Assembly: GCA_964527185.1 (NCBI GenBank)
Contig: CAZGOI010000001.1
Coordinates: 167,097-231,096 of the forward strand
DNA length: 64,000 nt
Direction: 5' to 3'
DNA from: an uncultured Candidatus Saccharibacteria bacterium
Lineage (GTDB): Bacteria; Patescibacteriota; Minisyncoccia; Phycocordibacterales; UBA9973
Of this stretch, positions 46,203-56,476 are shown piece by piece (position 1 is the first letter of the stretch; each line of letters starts with the position of its first letter). Position numbers and translations under genes: made by a program. Below the pieces are notes generated by a model, which was given only the letters and a program-made list of their open reading frames with translations, had not been told where the DNA came from and did not search any database.

Positions 46203-47537
46203 TCAAATCCTTTTTATCACAGCTTCTACCAATTCCTCGGCGCGATCTTTTGTTTTTGCCTCGGACCAAATGCGTACTATCGGCTCGGTGTTCGATTCGC
46301 GGATTTGCACCCAAGACCTATCTTTGAAATCTATCCTCAAACCATCTCGGTAATCAGCCCTGCCGTCAGGCAAGGCACCAACTACTTTTTCAAAAATCTC
46401 ATTTAAACTGCCAATAAATGGCTTTTTCTTTTTGACAGAATAATATTTAGGCAGATCCATTATTATTTTAGATAATGGTTCATCTACTTTTGCCATATAT
46501 TCGAGCGTAAGCGCCATGGCGACCAAGCTGTCTCGACAAAGATTTATTTTTGGGTAGATCACGCCCCCGCTACCTTCACCGCCGATAACTGCGTGGTGCT
46601 CTATGATGCCTTCTACGACGTTACCTTCACCAACTTTTGTTCTAAAATTTTTTCCGCCAACTTTCTGTACCAAATCTTCATTTGTGTTTGAGGTCGACAG
46701 GTTTGTAACAATATCTCCAGGCCCTTTAGAAAGAACCGCCTCGATGGAAAGGGATAAAGTATATTCTTCAAAAACTATTTCACCGTGCTCGTCGCACAGG
46801 ACGAGCCGATCGGCATCTGGATCCTCGGCAAAACCAACATCAGCAGTGACCCCTCTTACTTTTTCGCCAAGCCCGACCAAGTTCTCGGCCAATGGCTCGG
46901 GCACGTGGGCAAAATCGCCATTCGGCTCGCCGTTTATGACGATGACATCGCACCAAAGTTCCCGAAGGAGCATTGGGGCAAGTTCGTAGCCTGCGCCATT
47001 TATGACATCGAGCACAACTTTAAATTTTTTACCCCTTATCAAATCTCTATCGACATTTTTTATGATATGTTCGACGTGTTTTTTGCCCAGATTTTTATTT
47101 TCTTTGACTATCCCACCATCTTTTTGCTCCACAGTTTTGCCGAGATAACTTTTTATCTCTTCGAGCTCGGCTTCGTTTATATACATGGCGCTACTTGTGA
47201 AAAATTTTAGGCCGTTATATTCTTTTGGGTTGTGTGAAGCGCTTATCATCACCCCGCCATCAAATGGCATATTGCGAACAAGAAATATCAAGGTCGGGGT
47301 AGGGGCGATATCTATATCTGTGATTTCAAAGCCAGCGCCGGTCAAGACCTCGATTGCGATATTTTTTATGATACTACCCGAGACCCTCGTGTCTCGAGCA
47401 AGCAATATTTTCTTAGCGCCTCTTTTTTGCAAGAAAATAGCAAAGGCTTCGAGGTTCTCTCTGCAAACATCCTCTGTCAGACCTTCGCCCCAAACGCCAC
47501 GCAAGCCAGAAATGCTAAATTTTACCCCCGTACTCAT
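46203..47537 (-). CDS. Phosphoglucosamine mutase / phosphomannomutase family
   Basis: ISASHNP, DPDADRL, GGEGSGG, RESNTEP. Confidence 0.92.
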   Translation of the reverse strand: MSTGVKFSISGLRGVWGEGLTEDVCRENLEAFAIFLQKRGAKKILLARDTRVSGSIIKNIAIEVLTGAGFEITDIDIAPTPTLIFLVRNMPFDGGVMISASHNPKEYNGLKFFTSSAMYINEAELEEIKSYLGKTVEQKDGGIVKENKNLGKKHVEHIIKNVDRDLIRGKKFKVVLDVINGAGYELAPMLLRELWCDVIVINGEPNGDFAHVPEPLAENLVGLGEKVRGVTADVGFAEDPDADRLVLCDEHGEIVFEEYTLSLSIEAVLSKGPGDIVTNLSTSNTNEDLVQKVGGKNFRTKVGEGNVVEGIIEHHAVIGGEGSGGVIYPKINLCRDSLVAMALTLEYMAKVDEPLSKIIMDLPKYYSVKKKKPFIGSLNEIFEKVVGALPDGRADYRDGLRIDFKDRSWVQIRESNTEPIVRIWSEAKTKDRAEELVEAVIKRI

Positions 47538-47677
47538 AGCCCTATAATACCAATTCTAAAGCCAAATAGCCAAAAGAGGCTTGAAATTAAAGGCCATTTT
47601 CCTTGACTTTTTATGTAAAATCTGATATAATGCGACTAAATTGATCTAAACCTATTTAAAAATCAAAATTCCCAATC

Positions 47678-47947
47678 ATGGAAAAAACCAATTCTCGTAC
47701 TTACAATATAAGCCTTGTAAGTATTCTAAGTTTTTTTGGCATAATTTTTGCTCTTATGCCATTTAAAATGCGATTCTTTGGAATCCTGCCCGGGATTTTC
47801 TTTTTTATTTTCTTTGCTCTGTCGATGCTTTGCTGGTTTCTCCGCAAAGCTGAACCCAAACACAGAATCATTTTTGCGATTTTTTTCGTAGCAGCGATTT
47901 TTAAAATTGTTGGGTTGGTAGTTGGAAACGACTACCACATAAGATAA
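47678..47947 (+). CDS. Small membrane protein, hypothetical
   Basis: 89 aa with three hydrophobic segments; upstream TTGACT...TATAAT promoter. Confidence 0.55.
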   Translation: MEKTNSRTYNISLVSILSFFGIIFALMPFKMRFFGILPGIFFFIFFALSMLCWFLRKAEPKHRIIFAIFFVAAIFKIVGLVVGNDYHIR

Positions 47948-48040
47948 TAAAAAAGAAAAAAATTGGCCGATCGCAAAAATCGGCCATTTAATTTGCAATC
48001 TTTTAAATTATATGATATAAGAAAAGAAAAATTTTTATTT

Positions 48041-48349
48041 ATGCAACAACCAAATAATTTTATACAAGGATGGGGTTTATTGATTTTTGTTTTTATCCTT
48101 TTTGGCGCAGTGGCTATTACTTCATGGAAAATTCGGCATATAAGATCTTATAAAAAAATAATCTGCCGTGTCTTGACTAAAAGCGATACTATTTATAATT
48201 CTGAAATTAAGTGGCATAAAGACAAAAAGATGGGCACATACTACAGTATAAGAAAACACAGGCATCATCCACTAACGAAAAGAAATAGAGAAATTGTTAT
48301 GGAGGCATTAGAAAAAAATGAAATACCTGAAATAAAATCTTCATACTGA
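48041..48349 (+). CDS. Hypothetical single-TM protein
   Basis: MQQPNNFIQGWGLLIFVFILFG... within the ORF-track 47963 ORF. Confidence 0.55.
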   Translation: MQQPNNFIQGWGLLIFVFILFGAVAITSWKIRHIRSYKKIICRVLTKSDTIYNSEIKWHKDKKMGTYYSIRKHRHHPLTKRNREIVMEALEKNEIPEIKSSY

Positions 48350-48412
48350 AATTATTTAACATCTCTCCTTGTGGGGGATGTTTTTGTATCAAATTATGTA
48401 TAATGTTTATGT

Positions 48413-48853
48413 ATGAGTATTCTCGTAGACAACAGAAAAGCGCATTTTAATTATGAAATCATCGAACGCTATGAGGCCGGTATCGAGCTTGCCGGTTTTG
48501 AGGTTAAATCGCTAAAATCTGGTAAAGCGACACTAGTCGGCGCCTATGCTAGATTGCGCGATGGGCAGGTCTACATCGTCGGGATGCAGATATCGCCATA
48601 CCAAGTTGGCAACACCCCGAAAGATTATGACAGCACGCGCTCACGAAAGCTTTTGTTAAACAAAAAAGAAATTAAAGAACTCGAAGAAATCGATAATAAA
48701 AAGGGTTTGACTATAGTGCCGCTTTCGCTATATAGTAAGGGTCGCCGGATCAAAGTAGAGCTCGGCGTTGCTCGGGGCAAGAAAATGCACGACAAGCGAG
48801 AGGCTATCAAGCGCCGCGACCTCAACCGCGAAATGAAGCGGGCTGAGGCTTGA
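48413..48853 (+). CDS. smpB: SsrA-binding protein
   Basis: NRKAHFNY, EAGIELAGFEVKSL, RKLLL, RGKKMHDKRE. Confidence 0.97.
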   Translation: MSILVDNRKAHFNYEIIERYEAGIELAGFEVKSLKSGKATLVGAYARLRDGQVYIVGMQISPYQVGNTPKDYDSTRSRKLLLNKKEIKELEEIDNKKGLTIVPLSLYSKGRRIKVELGVARGKKMHDKREAIKRRDLNREMKRAEA

Positions 48854-48877
48854 TTCTTTGAAAAATAAATTAAACAT

Positions 48878-49257
48878 GGGACTGACGGGCTTCGACGAAA
48901 GACTGTCATCATCTGTGTGCATGTAAAGTGCGGAGGTATCTTTTTAAACTACTTCCAAAAGACTAAGTGCAAACAAAGTCGCTTCAGTGAAGTCACCATA
49001 TTTTGGTAATTTCGCTTTCGCTGTCGCCTAACGGCCACGCGAATGTTCACTCTCTAGACATCCGATATAGGGAGTGGGCATAATTTATCGGGTTAAGATT
49101 TGGGGATTGCTCGACCCCGAGTCTGACAATCTAGAGCTCGGTGTAGCGATATTTTTCTTATTCTCTAGTCGCTATATTTAAACCAAAAAAATAAGATACA
49201 CATGTAGATTCACTTATGAGCGCCTTTTGCATCTGGGTTCAACTCCCAGCAGTTCCA
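48878..49257 (+). ncRNA. ssrA: tmRNA, tag peptide ANKVASVKSPYFGNFAFAVA (48969-49031)
   Basis: GGGACTG/CAGTTCC acceptor with G3:U70, TTCGAC, T-arm CTGGGTTCAACTCCCAG; directly after smpB. Confidence 0.93.
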
Positions 49258-49298
49258 CATTTTTTATTTAAGCACTTTTGTGTATAATAGCTAGACTT

Positions 49299-51194
49299 AT
49301 GGCAGAAAAGGGTAAACCAAAACAGCCTAAAAAGGTTCCCAATATAGGCAACCAGATATTGGTCGCAGTTTTGATATTTGCAGCTATCACGGTCATATAT
49401 TCGTATGTTGCAAAAAACCCCGAAGATATAAAAGCGTTGACAATATCTGACGTCGCCAAAGATGTAAGCGCTGGCACAGTAGAGAAGATAGAAGTCTCGG
49501 GCCAAGATGTGACAGTTTATTTTAAAGACAAAACTAAAGGCTCGGCCCAAAAAGAATCCGAGAGCTCTCTTTCAACGACACTCGCAAACTATGGCGTTAG
49601 CACCAAAGATCTAAACGCCACACCGATTGAAATAAAAGGTGACAGCGGTTGGGGATATTGGCTCGCAAATATTTTGCCATTCCTTTTACCGGTTATCCTC
49701 GTAGTGTTTTTTATCTGGATGTTGTCGCGGCAAGTCAAAGGCGCCGGCATGCAAGCGTTTACCTTTGGCCAATCAAAAGCTCGCATCACAAACCCAGACG
49801 ATAAAAATAATCGCGTGACCTTCAAAGATGTTGCAGGTTCAAAAGAAGCCAAAGAAGAATTGAAAGAAATTGTTGATTTCCTAAAAAACCCAAAGAAATT
49901 TTTAGACATCGGCGCCCGCATTCCAAAAGGCGTGCTCTTGACCGGTGCCCCAGGCACCGGCAAAACTCTCCTTGCTCGGGCAGTTGCCGGTGAAGCTTCG
50001 GTCCCATTTTTCCACCTATCTGGTTCTGAATTTGTCGAGATGTTCGTCGGGGTTGGCGCATCGCGGGTGCGAGATTTGTTCAAGATGGCCAAGAAATCTG
50101 CCCCAGCCATAATATTTATAGACGAAATAGATGCTGTCGGCCGGGTGCGTGGAACTGGTGTCGGTGGAGGAAACGATGAACGCGAACAAACCTTAAACCA
50201 AATACTTGTCGAGATGGATGGCTTTGAACCAAATGAAAAAGTTATCGTCATGGCGGCTACAAACCGCTCTGACGTGCTCGACCCGGCGCTTTTGCGCCCA
50301 GGTCGTTTCGACCGCCGAGTCGTGCTCGACCTTCCAGACCGCGCTGACCGCGAAGAAATTCTGACAATCCATTCAAACAAGAAACCATTTGCCGAGGATG
50401 TAAATCTGAAAGTCATCGCCGAGCGGACACCAGGGTTCTCTGGCGCAGATTTGTACTCGCTCATGAATGAAGGGGCAATACTTGCCGCCCGCGAAGACCG
50501 TAAGAAAGTCGCCCAGTTCGACCTCATTCGTTCGATCGAAAAAGTCATGATGGGGCCAGAGCGAAAGAGTCACCTTCTTTCAAACAATGAAAAGAAAATC
50601 ACCGCCTACCACGAAGCCGGGCATGCGCTCGTGGCCTCGGTTCTGCCGCACGCCGACCCGGTCCACAAAGTTTCGATCGTTTCGCGCGGTAACGCCGGCG
50701 GTTACACCCTCAAACTCCCACTCGAAGAACGCAGGCTGCAAAGTAAAAAAGAATTTCTCGACGATATCGCCATGGCTCTCGGCGGTTACGCCGCTGAGCA
50801 AATAATTTTTGGCGATATCACAACTGGGCCATCGAACGACCTGCAGGTGGCGACAAACATGGCCCGGGCCATGGTTACCCGCTGGGGCATGTCTGAAACT
50901 GTCGGCCCGATTGCTCTTGAAAACGACGGTGGGCACCCGATGTTTGGCAAAGGTATGGGTGGCGAAGAATATTCTGAAAAAGTCGGCGCCATGATTGATG
51001 AAGAAGTTTCAAAAATTATGAACAATGCGCTCGTAACCGCCAAAGAAGTCCTGACAGAACACCGAAAAGTTCTCGACGCTATTGCCAATAAATTGATCGA
51101 AGTAGAAACGCTCGAGCAAAACGAGTACAACCAGCTCATCATCGCCCACGGCATAATGCCAAAGAAAAAAGAAGAGACTGTAAAAGAGAAATAA
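49299..51194 (+). CDS. ftsH: ATP-dependent zinc metalloprotease FtsH
   Basis: Two TM helices, [20 protein letters not shown]. Confidence 0.98.
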   Translation: MAEKGKPKQPKKVPNIGNQILVAVLIFAAITVIYSYVAKNPEDIKALTISDVAKDVSAGTVEKIEVSGQDVTVYFKDKTKGSAQKESESSLSTTLANYGVSTKDLNATPIEIKGDSGWGYWLANILPFLLPVILVVFFIWMLSRQVKGAGMQAFTFGQSKARITNPDDKNNRVTFKDVAGSKEAKEELKEIVDFLKNPKKFLDIGARIPKGVLLTGAPGTGKTLLARAVAGEASVPFFHLSGSEFVEMFVGVGASRVRDLFKMAKKSAPAIIFIDEIDAVGRVRGTGVGGGNDEREQTLNQILVEMDGFEPNEKVIVMAATNRSDVLDPALLRPGRFDRRVVLDLPDRADREEILTIHSNKKPFAEDVNLKVIAERTPGFSGADLYSLMNEGAILAAREDRKKVAQFDLIRSIEKVMMGPERKSHLLSNNEKKITAYHEAGHALVASVLPHADPVHKVSIVSRGNAGGYTLKLPLEERRLQSKKEFLDDIAMALGGYAAEQIIFGDITTGPSNDLQVATNMARAMVTRWGMSETVGPIALENDGGHPMFGKGMGGEEYSEKVGAMIDEEVSKIMNNALVTAKEVLTEHRKVLDAIANKLIEVETLEQNEYNQLIIAHGIMPKKKEETVKEK

Positions 51195-51245
51195 AATTCC
51201 AATTGCAGGAATTGTGCAACTAGGATATATTGAATGAACGTCCAA

Positions 51246-51319
51246 CCACCCTTAGCTCAGTTGGTTAGAGCACAGAGCTTATACCTCTGGGGTCCTTGGT
51301 TCGAATCCAAGAGGGTGGA
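51246..51319 (+). tRNA. tRNA-Ile(TAT)
   Basis: CCACCCT/AGGGTGG acceptor, AGCTCAGTTGGTTAGAGC D-arm, CAGAG-CTTATAC-CTCTG anticodon arm, A73. Confidence 0.88.
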
Positions 51320-51321
51320 CA

Positions 51322-51801
51322 ATGCAAAAAACAAAAAATTATATACTAATACTTCCCGACATCCGTTCAGCTATCAATGTCGGGGCCATCTTTCGCACGG
51401 CCGATGCAGTTGGAGTTTCGAAAATTTATTTAACTGGTCAGACCCCAACACCGGCAGATAGGTTTGGTCGGGTTCAGAAAGATATCGCCAAAGCGGCTCT
51501 CGGGGCTGAAAATTTTATTTCGTGGGAATATAAAAAAATGGTCTGCCCAGTGATCATAAAATTGCAGCGCGATGGATATAAAGTCATCGCTATCGAGCAA
51601 GATGAAGATGCGATCGATTACAGAAAAATAAAAAAGCAAGATAGGCTTGTATTTATTCTAGGGTCCGAAACAAAAGGCCTAGATAAAAAAATATTAAAAA
51701 TGTGCGACAAGATAGTAGAGATACCTATGCTAGGCAAAAAAGAGTCGCTCAATGTTTCAGTTGCGGCCGGGGTGGCACTCTTTAGAATATTACAAGGCTA
51801 G
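51322..51801 (+). CDS. TrmH/SpoU family RNA methyltransferase
   Basis: NVGAIFRTADA, GSETKGL, IPMLGKKESLNVSVAAG. Confidence 0.93.
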   Translation: MQKTKNYILILPDIRSAINVGAIFRTADAVGVSKIYLTGQTPTPADRFGRVQKDIAKAALGAENFISWEYKKMVCPVIIKLQRDGYKVIAIEQDEDAIDYRKIKKQDRLVFILGSETKGLDKKILKMCDKIVEIPMLGKKESLNVSVAAGVALFRILQG

Positions 51802-51981
51802 CTATGGCCCGTATGGTTGTAGTGGGGCACTCTGGTCTGTCCCTGGGGTGATGTATGGTTTGCCCTCGCTTTTTTTCGGCCCACCGGTTAAAACCCAGAT
51901 TATGAATATGGCAACCAAGACCATCAGTATGACCATGATCATGCTCGCGTCGCCTCTATTTTTTTGAATTCTTTTTTCCAT
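51802..51981 (-). CDS. Small single-TM protein
   Basis: MEKRIQKNRG-hydrophobic helix-GGPKK; overlaps the mutM stop. Confidence 0.5.
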   Translation of the reverse strand: MEKRIQKNRGDASMIMVILMVLVAIFIIWVLTGGPKKSEGKPYITPGTDQSAPLQPYGP

Positions 51982-52909
51982 TGAATAATTTTTGGTGTTT
52001 GTTGCAAAAATGCGCACTGCGACCATTTAAAACTTTTCTTATTATAACACCATGACAACCCGCCTTGCCACAGGGCTCGTTTTTCTTGCCATAGACGTTG
52101 TGTTTGTTTTGAAATCTGCCACGGCCGCCGGTTATGTCGCGATAGTCAGACATCGAATCACCTCCGAAATCTATACCTTGTTTTAGAACTTGCTTCATAG
52201 CTAGAAAAAGAGTCGAGAGTTTTTCTTTTGATATAAATTTTGATTGCGACTCTGGGTGGATGCCAGAGAGCCACAGCATTTCGTCTGAATAAATATTGCC
52301 GATACCAGCGACGACACCTTGATCCATCAAAACAGTTTTTATATAGCGAGTTGGTTTTTTAAAAAGTCTTTCTATAAAATCTTTCAATTTAAAATTTTTA
52401 TCGAGTGGTTCGGGACCTATATTTTTTAAATGAATCGTTTCGTGGGCTTCGCCTGTATCGAGGGTTGTGACCTTGCCGAATTTTCGCGAGTCACAAAAAA
52501 CAAAATGCTTGCCGTTTGAAAGTGAGAAAACAACATGGATAAATCGGTTGTATGGGTCAAAAAGAGATTTCCGCTCACCCTGGCTTGGCCGCCACATATT
52601 TTCTTTTTTATCGTAGGTGTATTTACCATAGAGGATATGGCCAGTCATCCTTAGATGGATTAAAATAGTTTTTTTATTTGAAAGGTTGATCAGGATATTT
52701 TTGGCCCGACGCTCGACATTTAAAACTCTAGCCCCGACTACTTGGCGCTTAAATTTTTTAAAAAACTTTTCGCTCTTTAGGGTCTCCTTGAATTGTTTTA
52801 TAGGCTGATTCTTTTTTGCCAAGTCTGTCCAAACAGATAAAATGGCAAGTCTTGGCAAAACGCCCTGCAGGCCATTAACTGTTGTTGTGACTTCTGGTAG
52901 TTCGGGCAT
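51956..52909 (-). CDS. mutM: Formamidopyrimidine-DNA glycosylase
   Basis: MPELPEV, HLRMTG, GIGNIYSDE, C-terminal zinc finger. Confidence 0.96.
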   Translation of the reverse strand: MPELPEVTTTVNGLQGVLPRLAILSVWTDLAKKNQPIKQFKETLKSEKFFKKFKRQVVGARVLNVERRAKNILINLSNKKTILIHLRMTGHILYGKYTYDKKENMWRPSQGERKSLFDPYNRFIHVVFSLSNGKHFVFCDSRKFGKVTTLDTGEAHETIHLKNIGPEPLDKNFKLKDFIERLFKKPTRYIKTVLMDQGVVAGIGNIYSDEMLWLSGIHPESQSKFISKEKLSTLFLAMKQVLKQGIDFGGDSMSDYRDITGGRGRFQNKHNVYGKKNEPCGKAGCHGVIIRKVLNGRSAHFCNKHQKLFNGKKNSKK

Positions 52910-52911
52910 GA

Positions 52912-53487
52912 TTATTTACTGCTTAGAATTTTTAGCGCTTCTTTGATGCGAGCGTTGGTTCCGGAAATATTAGCTCCCACTTGCTTGAGCGCGTCGCGAG
53001 CCTCATTGTGTGAATAGCCAAGAGTTTTTAATGCTTCAAAAACATCGCCCTCGCCCCGCAGAGAATCATCGGCGCCCGCGTTTTTGTCGAAAGCTACTTT
53101 GTCGCGAAGCTCGAGCACTATTTTATCGGCTGTTTTTTTGCCGATACCGGAAACTTTATTGAGATAGCTTGTATCGCCACTTGCAATAGCTTTGCGCAGG
53201 GTATCTGCTGAGGCAACTGACAGAATTGAAATTGCTGACTTCGGTCCAATACCAGAGACATCGAGCAAAAGCTCGAAAAAATTCATTTCATCTTCTGTTT
53301 TGAAACCATATAGGTCGATAGCATTTTCGCGTACGGCTGTATACACCCAAAGGCTGGCAGAATCTTTTTCTTTAAACCCGGAAAGGGTATCGAGCGTGGC
53401 AAAAACTTTGTAACCGACACCAGAAACATCAATTATGATAAATTTATCTTCTTTTGAAATTATAGTTCCACTTAGATGGGCGATCAT
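52912..53487 (-). CDS. ruvA: Holliday junction branch migration protein RuvA
   Basis: GVGYKV, LYGF, VSGIGPK, GIGKKTA, ALKTLGY. Confidence 0.96.
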   Translation of the reverse strand: MIAHLSGTIISKEDKFIIIDVSGVGYKVFATLDTLSGFKEKDSASLWVYTAVRENAIDLYGFKTEDEMNFFELLLDVSGIGPKSAISILSVASADTLRKAIASGDTSYLNKVSGIGKKTADKIVLELRDKVAFDKNAGADDSLRGEGDVFEALKTLGYSHNEARDALKQVGANISGTNARIKEALKILSSK

Positions 53488-53579
53488 GCTCTGATCATAG
53501 CAAATATTGCCTTTGCCGGCTATTTCTGATACTATGCCCTTATTCGATTAAGAATTTTATTAGATTAAGAATTTAAATT

Positions 53580-53834
53580 ATGCCAATTACAAAATCAGCC
53601 AAGAAGGCTCTTCGCGGCTCGAAAACAAAAAAAGCCGCCAATGATCGCAATAAAAAAGCCGTCAAGGATATAACAAAAAATATCGAAAATCTTGTCAAAG
53701 ATGGCAAAAAAGCTGAAGCAAAGAAAATGCTCCCAAAAGCTTATGCCGCTATCGACAAAGCCCTAAAGAAAGGAATATTCAAGAAAAACAATGCTGCTCG
53801 CCAAAAAGCCAGACTCTCTAGGATAACAAAATAA
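53580..53834 (+). CDS. rpsT: 30S ribosomal protein S20
   Basis: MPITKSAKKALR, IDKALKKGIFKKNNAAR. Confidence 0.95.
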   Translation: MPITKSAKKALRGSKTKKAANDRNKKAVKDITKNIENLVKDGKKAEAKKMLPKAYAAIDKALKKGIFKKNNAARQKARLSRITK

Positions 53835-53835
53835 A

Positions 53836-54099
53836 ATGGAATTACTTTTTTTCTATGGGCTCGAATGCCCCCACTGCATACACATGGAGAAGCTCGTAGA
53901 TAAATTGAACAAGGAAGGTTTCAAAATTAAAAAAATTGAAATCTGGCACAATGAAGCAAATAATAAAATGATGGAGCGCCTCGATTGCGAACCAGAGCCT
54001 TGTGGCGGTGTTCCATTTTTTCTAAATCAAAAAACTGGCAAGACCGTCTGTGGCGAAGCAACCATAAAAGAACTCAAAGACTGGGCAAGCCAAAATTAA
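53836..54099 (+). CDS. Thioredoxin/glutaredoxin-like protein
   Basis: CPHC motif, GGVPFF cis-Pro loop. Confidence 0.85.
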   Translation: MELLFFYGLECPHCIHMEKLVDKLNKEGFKIKKIEIWHNEANNKMMERLDCEPEPCGGVPFFLNQKTGKTVCGEATIKELKDWASQN

Positions 54100-54135
54100 A
54101 ATCTCTCCAACAGGAGAGATTTTAATTTATAGAGT

Positions 54136-54447
54136 CTATTGCTTTGCCGCTGGTGTCGTCGTTGCAGGCTTGGCTGCCGAAGTATCTGGCCTTACCCAAC
54201 CCATCATGCCGTAACCATAGTTATCGTTATTATCAAAACCACGATTCCAACCCATCATGCCACCATGACCAAAACCAGAATATCTGAGTTCGGCCTTTAT
54301 CTCGCCAAGTTGAACGCCAAAACAAAATACGATAATAACAAGCACAAGCATGAAAAACTTTTTTAGCAAATAATGCTTGTTGTTGTGCATCATCTCGCCA
54401 TGACCGCAGCACTGACAAGATAAAGAATCTTTATTTTCCATATTCAT
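54136..54447 (-). CDS. Hypothetical membrane protein with Gly/Met-rich tail
   Basis: One TM helix, GGMMGW/YGMMGW repeats. Confidence 0.65.
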   Translation of the reverse strand: MNMENKDSLSCQCCGHGEMMHNNKHYLLKKFFMLVLVIIVFCFGVQLGEIKAELRYSGFGHGGMMGWNRGFDNNDNYGYGMMGWVRPDTSAAKPATTTPAAKQ

Positions 54448-54556
54448 AATTTTTTAAAAATATTATCTAATAAACCGACCAATGTTTTTACATAGTATAT
54501 TATAACAAAAAACGCTTGCTAATGTATAATTGTTAGTGTAGATTAGTACGGTATTT

Positions 54557-54628
54557 GGTCCCGTCGTTCAATGGATAGGACGTAACTTTGCGGAAGTTAT
54601 GATGCAGGTTCGATTCCTGCCGGGATCA
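54557..54628 (+). tRNA. tRNA-Arg(GCG)
   Basis: GGTCCCG/CGGGATC acceptor, D-loop AATGGATA (A20), TAACT-TTGCGGA-AGTTA anticodon arm. Confidence 0.88.
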
Positions 54629-54721
54629 CACAAATATGAAAAACATCTTTTTATCATAGTTTCTTCGTCTGTGATATGATAGATACATTAACATCTTAAT
54701 GATTTTTTAAATTTTTAAACC

Positions 54722-56476
54722 ATGTTTTTCTTTTTTCTATCATTTCTAGCTGGAGTTCTAACGGTCCTCGCACCCTGCACCATATCACTTTTGCCGGTTA
54801 TAGTCGGTGGCTCGATGGCCGAGGGGCGAAACTTTAAAAAAGTCATAACCGTCACCGCTTCGCTCGCGCTCTCGGTCATATTTTTTACTTTGATCTTAAA
54901 AGTAAGCAGCCTATTTGTAACCATTCCCCAGGCCTTTTGGGAAATTTTTTCTGGCACGGTTATAGGCTTGATCGGGTTATCGATGCTTTTCCCAAATATC
55001 TATGAAGGCATTCCAATTTTAAATAACCTAAACCAAGAATCAAATAAACTTCTTGCCACCGGCTATAACAAAAAAAATTTTATCGGCGATATCACGATCG
55101 GCGCCGCACTCGGGCCAGTTTTTTCGAGTTGTTCGCCGACATATTTCATAATTCTGGCTGTAATTCTGCCGAAAAATTTTGTTTCTGGGCTTGTCGATCT
55201 GGTTGCCTATGCTCTCGGGTTGTCGCTTGCGCTACTCGTCGTCGCTTTTGCCGGACAGAAGCTCATGCACCTGCTAGGCGTCGGTTCTGACCCTAAAGGC
55301 AAATTCAAGCGCATCATCGGCATACTATTTTTAATCGTCGGCATTGCTATTGCCACCGGCTATGATCGAAAACTCGAAACAAGTCTAACAACAAATGGAT
55401 TGTTCAATGTCGCCAATATCGAGCAAACCCTACTTTCAAAACACGACGATACTAACAAGACTAAAGAAATAAATTCTCAAATTTCATCAACCGAAATGTT
55501 GACGCTCGCAGAGAAAATGAAAAAATACACCAAGGCCCCAGAGCTAGTCAGCCCCGACGGCTACATAAACACAGGCGGCCAGCCGATAACCCTCGGCCAA
55601 TACGTCGGTAAAAACGTAGTCCTCGTTGATTTCTGGGATTATAGTTGCATCAACTGCCAGCGCACATTTCCGTATTTAAAAGCTTGGTATCAAAAATATA
55701 AAGACCAAGGCCTCGTCATTGTTGCCGTGCATACGCCCGAATTTGCTTCTGAACAATTGCAATCAAATGTCGAAGCAGCGGCCAAGCAATTTGGACTCGA
55801 ATATCCGATTGTCCTTGATAATGGTTACAAAACTTGGAATGCATTTAACAATGAATACTGGCCGAGAGAATATCTCATCGATATCGACGGCTATATAGTT
55901 CACGACCACGCCGGCGAGGGGCAGTACGATGAAACAGAAAAAGCGATACAAACTGCGCTCGCCGAACGGGCAAGTAGGCTCGGCCAAAAAGCCACCGAAC
56001 AATCAACCGTCAACATACCAGAAGCCGACCTGTCTTCGATCGGTAGCCCAGAAACATATTTTGGTTCGCGTAGGAATGAATACTTGGGAAATGGTACAAA
56101 ATATCTAAACGGCCCGCAGACATTTACACTGCCAGATATTATTTCGCCGAATACCCTTTATCTTGGTGGTGATTGGAATATGAGCCCCGAATACGCCGAG
56201 GCTGGGCCAAAGAGCGATATAGTGTTTAGGTATATCTCTAAAGATGTTTATGTAGTTGCTAGAAATTCAAAAGACCCAGTCAAGATAAAAGTCTACCGCG
56301 ATGGCAAACCAGTTGGCGCATTTGCCGGCGCAGATGTCGACCCAGCCACAAGCGAAGCGACGATAGACGGCGATAGGCTCTATCGACTCATCCACGACGA
56401 CCTGCCAGGAATCCACACTATAAAAATAGAAATCGAGTCCGGAGTACTCGATATGTATACATTTACTTTTGGTTAA
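54722..56476 (+). CDS. dipZ: DipZ-like protein (CcdA/DsbD TM domain plus thioredoxin plus C-terminal domain)
   Basis: LAPCTISLLP, FSSCSPT, DFWDYSCINC, VHTPEF, NEYWP, YTFTFG end. Confidence 0.9.
   Translation: MFFFFLSFLAGVLTVLAPCTISLLPVIVGGSMAEGRNFKKVITVTASLALSVIFFTLILKVSSLFVTIPQAFWEIFSGTVIGLIGLSMLFPNIYEGIPILNNLNQESNKLLATGYNKKNFIGDITIGAALGPVFSSCSPTYFIILAVILPKNFVSGLVDLVAYALGLSLALLVVAFAGQKLMHLLGVGSDPKGKFKRIIGILFLIVGIAIATGYDRKLETSLTTNGLFNVANIEQTLLSKHDDTNKTKEINSQISSTEMLTLAEKMKKYTKAPELVSPDGYINTGGQPITLGQYVGKNVVLVDFWDYSCINCQRTFPYLKAWYQKYKDQGLVIVAVHTPEFASEQLQSNVEAAAKQFGLEYPIVLDNGYKTWNAFNNEYWPREYLIDIDGYIVHDHAGEGQYDETEKAIQTALAERASRLGQKATEQSTVNIPEADLSSIGSPETYFGSRRNEYLGNGTKYLNGPQTFTLPDIISPNTLYLGGDWNMSPEYAEAGPKSDIVFRYISKDVYVVARNSKDPVKIKVYRDGKPVGAFAGADVDPATSEATIDGDRLYRLIHDDLPGIHTIKIEIESGVLDMYTFTFG

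Noticed and set aside
49589-50548. 319-aa antisense ORF inside ftsH
   Set aside because: Shadow ORF on the opposite strand of a highly conserved gene, with no independent motif
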